IMG/VR virus record: IMGVR_UViG_3300027906_000015
Coordinates: 1-59,181 of that record
Length of the DNA stretch: 59,181 bases
Reading direction: 5' to 3' (one strand)
From: a virus
Taxonomy: Duplodnaviria > Caudoviricetes
In this document: one piece after another, positions 21,080 to 29,956 of the stretch
Numbering within the stretch: the first letter of the stretch is position 1
Layout: every line of letters starts with the position of its first letter
Notes under the pieces: model-generated
What the model was told of the DNA's origin: nothing
Database searches by the model: none
What the model saw: only the letters and a program-made list of their open reading frames with translations
Position numbers and translations under genes: made by a program

Positions 21080-22393
21080 ATGTTTAATGCAGACAAAAAC
21101 TTAATTGAAAAATGGTCTCCAGTACTAGAGCACGAAAGCGCTCCAAGTATTGATGATCATTACAAAAAAAGTGTTACTGCACGTCTTCTTGAAAACCAAG
21201 AAGTAGCCCTACAAGAAGAAAGACAACAAAGATCTTTCAACATCTCAGAAGCAGCTGCTAACGTAACTGGATCTGGCGTTGATAATTTCGACCCTGTCTT
21301 AATCTCTCTTGTTAGACGTGCAATGCCTAATCTTATTGCTTATGATATCGCTGGCGTTCAGCCAATGAGTGGACCTACTGGTCTTATCTTCGCAATGAAA
21401 TCAAGGTATTCAACTCAAGGTGGTACTGAAGCACTATTTGATGAAGCTGACACAGACTTCTCAGGTACTGGCACACATCAAGCAGATCCAACTGGATTAG
21501 CTGGTGTAACTGATGCTGATACTGACGGAACAATCGGTGATCACGATACTTTATCAACTTTTGGTTCTGGTCTACCTACAGCTACTGCGGAAGCCCGTGG
21601 TACAACTGGTGGCGCTGGTGCGGCATTTGCAGAAATGGCTTTCTCAATCGAGAAATCAACTGTAACTGCTAAATCAAGAGCTCTAAAAGCAGAATACACA
21701 ATGGAATTAGCACAAGACCTTAAAGCTATTCATGGTCTTGACGCCGAAGGCGAACTAGCTAACATCCTAAGTGCAGAAATTCTAGCTGAAATCAACCGTG
21801 AAGTTGTAAGAACAATCTTATCGAAAGCTAAGCTTGGTGCTTTACAATCTTCAACTGCAACTTCTGGTATCTTTGATGTCGGAACTGACAGTGACGGTAG
21901 ATGGATGGCAGAGAAATTCAAAGGCCTAATTATGCAACTCGAAAGAGAAGCTAATGTTATCGCTAAAGAAACAAGACGTGGAAAAGGTAACTATGTTATC
22001 GTTTCTTCTGACGTTGCTTCAGCTTTAGCTGCATCAGGTATGATGGATTACGCTCCTGCACTATCAACTGGTCTTAACGTTGATGATACTGGCAACACAT
22101 TCGCTGGTGTTCTTAATGGAAGACTTAAAGTGTACATCGATCCATATGCAACTACAGACTTCGCGTGTGTAGGTTATAGAGGTGCAAACCCTTATGACGC
22201 TGGTATGTTCTATTGCCCATACGTTCCTTTAACTATGGTTAAAGCCGTTGGCGAAAGTGACTTCCAACCAAGGATCGGATTCAAAACTAGGTATGGCATG
22301 GTTGCTAACCCATTCGTCGGAACAGACGGAGTAGGTACTGACAGAGCTAACCCTTACTTTAGAATCTTCAGAGTTGATGACATAATGGTGTAA
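21080..22393 (+). CDS. gp23: Major capsid protein gp23
   Basis: LVRRAMPNLIAYDIAGVQPM, KSRALKAEY, FYCPYVPL, FQPRIGFKTRYG. Confidence 0.98.
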   Translation: MFNADKNLIEKWSPVLEHESAPSIDDHYKKSVTARLLENQEVALQEERQQRSFNISEAAANVTGSGVDNFDPVLISLVRRAMPNLIAYDIAGVQPMSGPTGLIFAMKSRYSTQGGTEALFDEADTDFSGTGTHQADPTGLAGVTDADTDGTIGDHDTLSTFGSGLPTATAEARGTTGGAGAAFAEMAFSIEKSTVTAKSRALKAEYTMELAQDLKAIHGLDAEGELANILSAEILAEINREVVRTILSKAKLGALQSSTATSGIFDVGTDSDGRWMAEKFKGLIMQLEREANVIAKETRRGKGNYVIVSSDVASALAASGMMDYAPALSTGLNVDDTGNTFAGVLNGRLKVYIDPYATTDFACVGYRGANPYDAGMFYCPYVPLTMVKAVGESDFQPRIGFKTRYGMVANPFVGTDGVGTDRANPYFRIFRVDDIMV

Positions 22394-22416
22394 ACCGTTT
22401 TTCGAAACAACTTATT

Positions 22417-22444
22417 AAAGAGGGACTTCGGTCCCTCTTTTCTT
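22417..22444 (+). terminator. Rho-independent terminator after gp23
   Basis: AAAGAGGGAC-TTCG-GTCCCTCTTT followed by TCTT. Confidence 0.9.
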
Positions 22445-22467
22445 GTGTAAACTAAGATTATAAAGTA

Positions 22468-22475
22468 TATAAATA
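22468..22475 (+). promoter_or_regulatory. T4-type late promoter
   Basis: TATAAATA upstream of ATG 22481. Confidence 0.75.
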
Positions 22476-22480
22476 GTACT

Positions 22481-22660
22481 ATGAATGAAATAAAAAGAGA
22501 ATATTATGATAGCTTTGTTACTAGAATGTGGTTAGATTATTGTGATGAGAATAATGATCCTATATCCGCTCCTACTAGATTAACTCATGAAGAGTACGCA
22601 TCTAAATGGGGAGATTGGTTACTAGAGAAATACGACGAGAAATATGGCATTAACGGATAA
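22481..22660 (+). CDS. Small hypothetical protein (59 aa, MNEIKREYYDSFVTRMWLDYCDEN...)
   Basis: Read manually; follows a late promoter and overlaps the gp3 start. Confidence 0.6.
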   Translation: MNEIKREYYDSFVTRMWLDYCDENNDPISAPTRLTHEEYASKWGDWLLEKYDEKYGING

Positions 22661-23111
22661 TAAAAACTTTCTTAGCCCAGTTGGCTATACCTTAAAAATA
22701 GATTCTGCATTTGCGAATACAGAGTATTTTTGTACTGCAGCTACATTACCTGGTATAGGTATATCATCTGTAGATACTCCTTATAAAGGGGTTAATCTAG
22801 GTATGACTGGGGATCGAATGACCTTCGAAGATTTCAGTATAACATTTAATGTTACAGAAAACATGGAAAACTATATTGAGATATGGGATTGGATTAAAAA
22901 CTTAGCTACATTAAAAGAAGCCGAAAAAGATTGGAAGTATGATGCTAGGTTAATGATATTAACTTCACATAATAATCCACAAAAGGAAATAGTATTCCAC
23001 GATCTTTTTCCAACCTCTTTATCAGCTATAGAGTTTAATGCTCAATCTACTGATATAGAATATGTACAGGCTTCAGTAACTTTTAAGTACTCATACTTTG
23101 AAATAATATAA
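22644..23111 (+). CDS. gp3: Tail completion / tube terminator gp3-like
   Basis: NFLSPVGY, LPGI, GDRMTF, FPTSLS; tube-protein family; synteny after gp23. Confidence 0.85.
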   Translation: MALTDNKNFLSPVGYTLKIDSAFANTEYFCTAATLPGIGISSVDTPYKGVNLGMTGDRMTFEDFSITFNVTENMENYIEIWDWIKNLATLKEAEKDWKYDARLMILTSHNNPQKEIVFHDLFPTSLSAIEFNAQSTDIEYVQASVTFKYSYFEII

Positions 23112-23116
23112 TTTAA

Positions 23117-23148
23117 GGGTTTACTTTTTAAGTAAACTGTGGTATAAT
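23117..23148 (+). promoter_or_regulatory. sigma70-like early/middle promoter (uvsY)
   Basis: GGG-TTTACT-17 nt-TATAAT with TGTGG extended -10. Confidence 0.85.
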
Positions 23149-23155
23149 AGACATT

Positions 23156-23599
23156 ATGAATATAGAATCTTTACTCGAAATGTGGAAGAAAGATGCGCAG
23201 ATAGATGAAATGGCATTAGATGAAGCATCACGCGAATCCGCAAAATTACACTCCAAATATCTTGATTTATACTCTAAATCAAAACTCAGATTAAAAAAAC
23301 TAGAATTAGACTTTAAACCTTTATTGAGAGATAAGTTTCTCCATTATGGTGGTAAGTTATCCCAAGACGAATTAGATACTAAAGGATGGGAATATGATCC
23401 TTTAAATGGATTAACTGTTCTTAAAGGTGATATGGATAAATGGTATGATGCTGATCCTATTATACAGGAACATCAATTAAAGATAGCTATGCAAGAAGAA
23501 ATAGTTAATGTATTAAAAGAGATAATGGATAATATAAAATGGCGTCATCAGAATATTAAGAATATGATTGAATGGCGTAAATTTACTAGTGGCATATAA
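23156..23599 (+). CDS. uvsY: Recombination mediator UvsY
   Basis: WKKDAQID...LHSKYL...IKNMIEWRKF; synteny. Confidence 0.9.
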   Translation: MNIESLLEMWKKDAQIDEMALDEASRESAKLHSKYLDLYSKSKLRLKKLELDFKPLLRDKFLHYGGKLSQDELDTKGWEYDPLNGLTVLKGDMDKWYDADPIIQEHQLKIAMQEEIVNVLKEIMDNIKWRHQNIKNMIEWRKFTSGI

Positions 23600-24482
23600 A
23601 ATACATGATTTTAAATATGAATGGAAGGGCAACTTCGGTCACGCTCGCGCGTGCATAGAAACAGCTTTAGATTTAATAGATCATAGTGAATATCATCTCA
23701 ATATCTGGAATCATACAGATTTAACTAAAATCCCCCACCAAGAAGCTTTAATTGTTAAGCCTACTGCACCTACTTCAAAACATTTTGTGATTGATGATTT
23801 AGGTTATGCTAATAGTTCTTGTTTAGCATTTAATGAACCATTTGAAGTAGAAATGAGAGAATGGGTTGATACAGATCATAATGCAATAAAAGCTTTAATT
23901 GAAACTAAAGCTAATAAGTGGGATGATTCTGCTATACTTAAATGGCGAAAACCTAAAAACGTACCAAGAAATCATACATTAGTTATTGGCCAAATGCCTA
24001 AGGATGAAACAGTAGAAGGATTTGGATTTGGTGGACATATTAGAAAATTAGATCTAATAGTAGAAAGATTAGTTAAAGAAACAGATTATCCTATTGTAGT
24101 TAAAATGCATCCTAAGTTACAAAAGAGAGATAGATTAATAGAGAAATGGAGAACGTGGGGTGTTGATGTAAGAGAAGGATTTGAATCTATACATGATATA
24201 CTACCGCGCACACGCGTAGCCATTATAGATAATAGTACTGCTGGAATAGAATGTTTGATGCACAGTGTACCTATTATAAGTTATGGTTGGCCAGAATATC
24301 ATTGGGTTACAAAGAAATTACAAGTACTACCCCAACTCCCTAGGTTAGTTAAAGATTTATCATGGTATCAAAAAGAATATGCAGATAATTTTATATCATG
24401 GTATATACATGAATACCTATGTTATGATGTTAATAGTACTGAAAGAAGATTAAAAGAAATATTGGAATCATGGAAACTGTAA
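23589..24482 (+). CDS. Capsule polysaccharide biosynthesis (KpsS/KpsC-like) glycosyltransferase
   Basis: GQMPKDET, VVKMHP and NSTAGIECLMHSVPIISYG motifs; probable GTG start at 23589. Confidence 0.65.
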   Translation: MAYKIHDFKYEWKGNFGHARACIETALDLIDHSEYHLNIWNHTDLTKIPHQEALIVKPTAPTSKHFVIDDLGYANSSCLAFNEPFEVEMREWVDTDHNAIKALIETKANKWDDSAILKWRKPKNVPRNHTLVIGQMPKDETVEGFGFGGHIRKLDLIVERLVKETDYPIVVKMHPKLQKRDRLIEKWRTWGVDVREGFESIHDILPRTRVAIIDNSTAGIECLMHSVPIISYGWPEYHWVTKKLQVLPQLPRLVKDLSWYQKEYADNFISWYIHEYLCYDVNSTERRLKEILESWKL

Positions 24483-25945
24483 TAGTAAATAAGGTTAATG
24501 AAACATTCTTACAAATAGAATGTGAACCTAGTACTGAAAGAGAATTATCAGAGCATTTCTGTTTTTATGTACCTGGATATAAGTTCATGCCCGCGTACCG
24601 CAACCGCGTGTGGGATGGTAAAATACGTTTATTTGATATGCGTAAAAAGACTTTATATGTTGGGTTATATCATTATTTAAAAGAATTTTGTGAAGAAAGG
24701 GATTATAGTTTAGTCTCAGATATAAATCTATTACCTGAGTATAATGATGATTTAGTAGAGGCTACGTTAGAAGAAACAACGTTACCCAGTCATATATCAC
24801 CAAGGGATTACCAGTTAAACGCGCTTAGGCACGCGCTACGGAGCTCTAAATCGCTGTTATTATCACCTACAGCATCAGGTAAGTCATTAATCATCTATTT
24901 ATTGGTAAAACACTACCTAAAATATAATGATAATAAAGTCTTAATTATTGTACCTACAACATCATTAGTTGAACAAATGTATAGTGATTTCTCAGAATAT
25001 TCTAAAGAAGATAATACATTTGATATAGAAAAATTAGGACATAAGATATATGGTGGAGCAGATAGAACAACAGATAAAAGAATAATTATATCCACCTGGC
25101 AATCCCAACATAAGTTACAAGCTAATATGTTTAAAAATTATGGTATGGTAATAGGAGATGAAGCACATCAATTTAAAGCTAAATCCCTTACCTCTATTAT
25201 GGAGAAATGTGTTAATGCACAATATAAGATTGGTACTACTGGAACATTAGATGGAACACAAACACATCAATTAGTATTAGAAGGATTATTTGGTCCAGTA
25301 TTTAAAGTTACAACTACTAAAGCTTTAATGGATAGAGATGAATTAGCTAAGTTAGATATTCAAATATTATTATTAAAGTATAAAGAAGATTTCTGTAAAC
25401 ATATATCAAAAGCTAAGTATCAGGAAGAATTAGATTTTATTGTAGGATATACCCCCCGCAATAATTTTATCAGTAACTTAGCATTAGATCAAAAAGGAAA
25501 TACTTTAATATTATTTAATTATGTAGAGAAACATGGTAAACCTCTTCATGATATGTTAAAAGATAAGATTGAAAAAGATAGAAAACTATTTTATGTTTCA
25601 GGCGAAACACCTGTAGATGATAGAGAACAAATAAGAGCTATCACTGAGAAAGAAAATAATGCAGTTATTGTTGCTTCACTTGGAACGTTTTCTACTGGGG
25701 TTAATATAAAAAGATTACATAATTTAATATTTGCTTCACCTTCTAAATCCCAAATAAGAGTATTACAAAGTATAGGTAGAGGACTTCGTGTGAGTGGAGA
25801 TAGTATAAATACTACTGTATATGATATAGCTGATGATCTTCACTATAAATCGAAGAAGAATTATACCTTAGATCATGCAGCAGAAAGAATTAAAATATAT
25901 TCAAAAGAAAAATTTAAATACAAAATTTACGAGATAAATATATAA
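24470..25945 (+). CDS. uvsW: DNA helicase UvsW
   Basis: SPTASGKS, DEAH, GTTGT, LQSIGRGLR SF2 motifs. Confidence 0.95.
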   Translation: METVIVNKVNETFLQIECEPSTERELSEHFCFYVPGYKFMPAYRNRVWDGKIRLFDMRKKTLYVGLYHYLKEFCEERDYSLVSDINLLPEYNDDLVEATLEETTLPSHISPRDYQLNALRHALRSSKSLLLSPTASGKSLIIYLLVKHYLKYNDNKVLIIVPTTSLVEQMYSDFSEYSKEDNTFDIEKLGHKIYGGADRTTDKRIIISTWQSQHKLQANMFKNYGMVIGDEAHQFKAKSLTSIMEKCVNAQYKIGTTGTLDGTQTHQLVLEGLFGPVFKVTTTKALMDRDELAKLDIQILLLKYKEDFCKHISKAKYQEELDFIVGYTPRNNFISNLALDQKGNTLILFNYVEKHGKPLHDMLKDKIEKDRKLFYVSGETPVDDREQIRAITEKENNAVIVASLGTFSTGVNIKRLHNLIFASPSKSQIRVLQSIGRGLRVSGDSINTTVYDIADDLHYKSKKNYTLDHAAERIKIYSKEKFKYKIYEINI

Positions 25946-25946
25946 T

Positions 25947-26345
25947 ATGGATAACCAATTACCTATACGTCATTTCAAATTAGTTAATGGTGAAGAACTA
26001 GTAGCTTTAATTAAAGAGAAAGATGATGGAACATTCACAATAGAAAGACCATATGTAGTAAAGAATAATCTGATTGGAGGATTTGCATTTCTACCTTGGT
26101 TCCCTTTCTCATCCCAAAAACTATTTAAAATTGCTCGAACTAGTATACTCCATCACGTTGAGATTGATGAAGATATTAAACAAGAGTATATTAAGTTAGC
26201 AACCGGAGCTTTAAAGCCTCGTGCTAAAACTCCTTTGATTAATGATGATCAGTTTATGGCTGATCTAGATGAATATATAAATGAAACTTATGATGAACTT
26301 GAACCCGTCCTTCTTGAGGAACCAAAGAAAGAAACTATTCATTAG
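25947..26345 (+). CDS. Conserved T4-like Sm-like protein
   Basis: FKLVNGEELVA N-terminus; conserved position before gp55. Confidence 0.6.
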   Translation: MDNQLPIRHFKLVNGEELVALIKEKDDGTFTIERPYVVKNNLIGGFAFLPWFPFSSQKLFKIARTSILHHVEIDEDIKQEYIKLATGALKPRAKTPLINDDQFMADLDEYINETYDELEPVLLEEPKKETIH

Positions 26346-26373
26346 TGTCTCTCTGTCCTTGGGACGACAATAT

Positions 26374-26407
26374 ATTATACCACACTTTTTGTCATTTGTA
26401 AACCCCC
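26374..26407 (-). promoter_or_regulatory. sigma70-like promoter on the minus strand (antisense)
   Basis: Reverse complement reads GGGGG-TTTACA-17 nt (ending GTGTGG)-TATAAT, matching the + strand family. Confidence 0.8.
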
Positions 26408-26423
26408 TAAATGAAATAAAAAA

Positions 26424-26457
26424 GGGGATTTACTTTTCAACAAAACTATGGTATAAT
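26424..26457 (+). promoter_or_regulatory. sigma70-like promoter (gp55)
   Basis: GGGGA-TTTACT-17 nt-TATAAT. Confidence 0.85.
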
Positions 26458-26479
26458 AGAGCCTTTATGGAGAATAATT

Positions 26480-27061
26480 ATGGCCAAACGTGCTGATGCA
26501 AAGAAAAAGCCCCACTATATCAATAACAAAGATTTCTCTCTAGCTGTTGTTGAATATGTTAAAAGTGTAAATAAAGCTAGAGAAAAAGATAAACCTGATC
26601 CTAAAGTAACTGATTATATTGCTACATCTTTTTTAAAGATCTCAGAAGGATTAAGTCATAGACCTAATTTTGTTAGGTATACATACAGGGAAGAAATGGT
26701 AATGGATGCTGTTGAAAACTGTTTAAGAGCTATCGGCAATTATAATATTGAAACCGCTACTCGTACAGGTAAACCCAATGCATTCTCTTACTTTACCCAA
26801 ATATGTTATTTTGCCTTTATCAGAAGAATTGCTAAAGAAAAGAAACAGCAAGATATTAAAATGAAGTTTATTGAAAAGATGGGTATTGAGGACTTTACTC
26901 AAATGGGTATGGATGAAGCTGGTGCAGCTGAAACTATGGCATATGTTGATACTCTTCGACAAAGAATTAGTACCGTTAGAGCTAAAGATGTTGCAGTGAA
27001 AGATTTTGCTGTTAAAGAAAAGAAAAAAGAAAAAGAAAAGCTAGAACTTTTCATGGGATAA
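26480..27061 (+). CDS. gp55: Late transcription sigma factor gp55
   Basis: HYINNKDF, PNFVRYTYREEMVMDAVENC, NAFSYFTQICYFAFIRRI. Confidence 0.95.
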   Translation: MAKRADAKKKPHYINNKDFSLAVVEYVKSVNKAREKDKPDPKVTDYIATSFLKISEGLSHRPNFVRYTYREEMVMDAVENCLRAIGNYNIETATRTGKPNAFSYFTQICYFAFIRRIAKEKKQQDIKMKFIEKMGIEDFTQMGMDEAGAAETMAYVDTLRQRISTVRAKDVAVKDFAVKEKKKEKEKLELFMG

Positions 27062-27062
27062 T

Positions 27063-28124
27063 ATGAAGATAGCAATATTAAATGACACGCATTGCGGTGT
27101 CCGGAACTCAAGCGATATATTCTTACAATATCAAGAACGATTCTACGAGGAGATATTCTTTCCTTATTTAAAAGAACATAATATAAAACACATACTTCAC
27201 CTAGGAGATTACTATGAACACAGAAAGTTCGTTAACTTTAAAGCGCTTAATGCTAATAGGAAGCATTTTCTTGAGCCTATGCGCGATGCAGGTATTACCA
27301 TGGATATTATTCCCGGAAATCATGACGTCTACTTTAAAAATACAAATGAACTGTGTAGCCTCAAAGAGCTGCTTGGCTATTTCACCTCCAATATAAACAT
27401 TGTAATGAAACCAACCGTATTAGATTACGATGGTTTAGGTGTAGCAGTTATACCATGGATTAATAATGGTAACTATCAAGAGTATACAGATTTTGCTTTA
27501 AACTGTGAAGCAGATATACTAGGCGCACATTTAGAATTAAAAGGATTCGATATGATGGCAGGTATATCTAATCCACATGGTATGAATGCAGATATATTTA
27601 ATAGATTCGAAATGGTCCTTACTGGTCATTTTCATACTAAATCTAGTAGAGAGAATATACATTATCTTGGTTCACAAATGGAATTTACTTGGGCAGATGT
27701 AGATGATCCTAAGTACTTTCACGTGCTGGACACCGATAAGAGGGAAATAGAGCCCGTTAGAAACCCGATAACGATATTTAAAAAGTTCGTTTATGATGAC
27801 GAAACAGTGGATTATAACAATATAGATATAAGTGAATTCGAAAAAAAGTTTATAAAGGTTATTGTATTAAACAAAAATGATCTTTATATGTTTGATAAAT
27901 TTGTAGATAAGCTACAGAGTATAGAAACCTATGAACTAAAGATAGCAGAGAACTTCGAAGAGTTTTTAGGCGAAAGTGTACAGGATGAAAAAGTATCCTT
28001 AGAAGATACTACAGAAATGCTCGACTCATATGTTGATGCAGTAGAAACAGACCTAGATAAGGATCACATAAAAGTGAAATTAAGGAAGCTTTATACAGAA
28101 GCTCAAAATCTCGAGGTATTATGA
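27063..28124 (+). CDS. gp47: Recombination endonuclease gp47 (Mre11-like)
   Basis: DTHCG, LGD, GNHD, GHFH metallophosphoesterase motifs. Confidence 0.95.
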   Translation: MKIAILNDTHCGVRNSSDIFLQYQERFYEEIFFPYLKEHNIKHILHLGDYYEHRKFVNFKALNANRKHFLEPMRDAGITMDIIPGNHDVYFKNTNELCSLKELLGYFTSNINIVMKPTVLDYDGLGVAVIPWINNGNYQEYTDFALNCEADILGAHLELKGFDMMAGISNPHGMNADIFNRFEMVLTGHFHTKSSRENIHYLGSQMEFTWADVDDPKYFHVLDTDKREIEPVRNPITIFKKFVYDDETVDYNNIDISEFEKKFIKVIVLNKNDLYMFDKFVDKLQSIETYELKIAENFEEFLGESVQDEKVSLEDTTEMLDSYVDAVETDLDKDHIKVKLRKLYTEAQNLEVL

Positions 28125-29836
28125 TACAGTTTAAATCATGTAGGTGGAAGAACTTCTTATCCACCGGTAACGAATATATAGATATAAATTTAGAAAAATC
28201 CCCCACAACATTAATAGTAGGCCAAAACGGTTCAGGTAAATCTACTTTACTTGACGCTCTTTCATTCGGCTTATTTGGTAAACCACATAGAGATATAAAT
28301 AAAAATCAGTTGATTAACTCAGTCAATGGTAAGAAAACTGTTGTTGAGGTAGAATTTGAAATTGGAAACAAATTATTTAAAATAGTAAGAGGAATCAAAC
28401 CTAATAAGTTTGAAATATACAAAGATGGAAAAATTATCAATCAAGCATCGAATGCAAGAGATTATCAAAAGTTTCTTGAACAAAATATACTTAAACTTAA
28501 CCATAAATCCTTTCATCAAATTGTGGTACTCGGAAGCTCTTCTTTTATTCCTTTTATGCAGTTACCTGCTTGGTCAAGGCGTGAAGTTATAGAAGATCTT
28601 TTAGATATTGGTATCTTCTCTAAGATGAACCAACTACTAAGAGAAAGGAATGCAAACATTAAAGATCAATTAGTTGATCTAGGGCACAGACTAGAATTAA
28701 CTAAAACTAAAATGGCTTCACAAGAGAAGTACATTAAAGATCTACAAGGTATAAACAAAGATCAAATTAATCAAAAGAGAGATTCAATCCGTACGCATAA
28801 ACAAGAGATTAACACTTTATTTGATGAATCTAAAAAGCTAGGAAAGAATCTCTCTGCCAGTATGGTAACTGAAGAAGGTAATTACCAGAAACAAATGGAT
28901 CAGATAGCAAATATCAAATCCCATAACTTACAATTAAATAGTGAGATAAAGAAATTAGTTAAAGAAGCTAAGTTCTATGAAGATAATGATAATTGTCCAA
29001 CATGCGATCAAAGTATTGAACCCGAACTTAAGAATGAAAAGATCGAATCAGTAAAAACAACAGCAGCCGAGGTACAATCTGAAAAAGAAGATTTACAAAG
29101 AAAGTTATCAGTGTTATCAACCACAACTACAGAGATCAATAAGAACCTTGATAATCTTAGAGCTAAGCAGAATAAGATTAATTCGAACAACGATTCTATA
29201 TCTCTATTACAGAAAGAGATTGATAAGATACAAAAGGAAATTAATAAACTATCTGGCCAAACCGGTGATGTTAAAACAGCAAAAGATAGCTTATCTCAAC
29301 TAAGAGATAATAAAGATGATCTAACAGAAGATAAGTTAAAGTATACAGAAGAAAGAACCTATAATGAAGTGATAGGGGAAATGCTTAAAGATACTGGTAT
29401 TAAAACCAAAGTAGTTAAGCAATATCTCCCAGTTATGAATAGATTGATTAATGAATACCTACAGGTTCTAGACTTCTTTGTAGCATTTCATTTAGATGAA
29501 AACTTTAATGAAACCATTAGATCTAGACACAGGGACACGTTTAATTATGCATCCTTTTCCGAAGGTGAGAAACAAAGGATTGATCTGTCCCTGTTGTTTA
29601 CTTGGCGTCAAATAGCCAAAATGAAAAACTCTGCAGCTACTAACCTATTGGTATTAGATGAAACATTTGATAGTTCATTAGATATAGATGGTATAGAAAG
29701 CTTAACCAAGATATTAAGTACCTTAGATTCAGATTCTAATGTGTTTATCATATCCCACAAGGGTGATGTGCTAGAGAACAAATTCCGCTCTAAAATAGAG
29801 TTCTGGAAGGATAGAAACTTCTCGAAAATCAGATAA
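28121..29836 (+). CDS. gp46: Recombination ATPase gp46 (Rad50-like)
   Basis: GQNGSGKS, CPTC hook, FSEGEK, LDE, ISH. Confidence 0.95.
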   Translation: MIQFKSCRWKNFLSTGNEYIDINLEKSPTTLIVGQNGSGKSTLLDALSFGLFGKPHRDINKNQLINSVNGKKTVVEVEFEIGNKLFKIVRGIKPNKFEIYKDGKIINQASNARDYQKFLEQNILKLNHKSFHQIVVLGSSSFIPFMQLPAWSRREVIEDLLDIGIFSKMNQLLRERNANIKDQLVDLGHRLELTKTKMASQEKYIKDLQGINKDQINQKRDSIRTHKQEINTLFDESKKLGKNLSASMVTEEGNYQKQMDQIANIKSHNLQLNSEIKKLVKEAKFYEDNDNCPTCDQSIEPELKNEKIESVKTTAAEVQSEKEDLQRKLSVLSTTTTEINKNLDNLRAKQNKINSNNDSISLLQKEIDKIQKEINKLSGQTGDVKTAKDSLSQLRDNKDDLTEDKLKYTEERTYNEVIGEMLKDTGIKTKVVKQYLPVMNRLINEYLQVLDFFVAFHLDENFNETIRSRHRDTFNYASFSEGEKQRIDLSLLFTWRQIAKMKNSAATNLLVLDETFDSSLDIDGIESLTKILSTLDSDSNVFIISHKGDVLENKFRSKIEFWKDRNFSKIR

Positions 29837-29888
29837 TCTGACAAATACTGACGATTTGTTACGATTTTTTTCAACTTTTTTGCATTTA

Positions 29889-29922
29889 GGGGGTTTACAA
29901 GGGGCCAAAAATGTGGTATAAT
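29889..29922 (+). promoter_or_regulatory. sigma70-like promoter
   Basis: GGGGG-TTTACA-17 nt-TATAAT. Confidence 0.9.
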
Positions 29923-29956
29923 GGTACCCATATTCAATTAAAAAGTAAGGAGTTTA

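Noticed and set aside
25804-25811. TATAAATA inside uvsW (also ~51444 inside gp41)
   Set aside because: Intragenic and expected by chance in AT-rich DNA; not called as promoters
26265-26342. 25-codon minus-strand ORF downstream of the antisense promoter
   Set aside because: Very short, weak SD, fully antisense to a conserved gene
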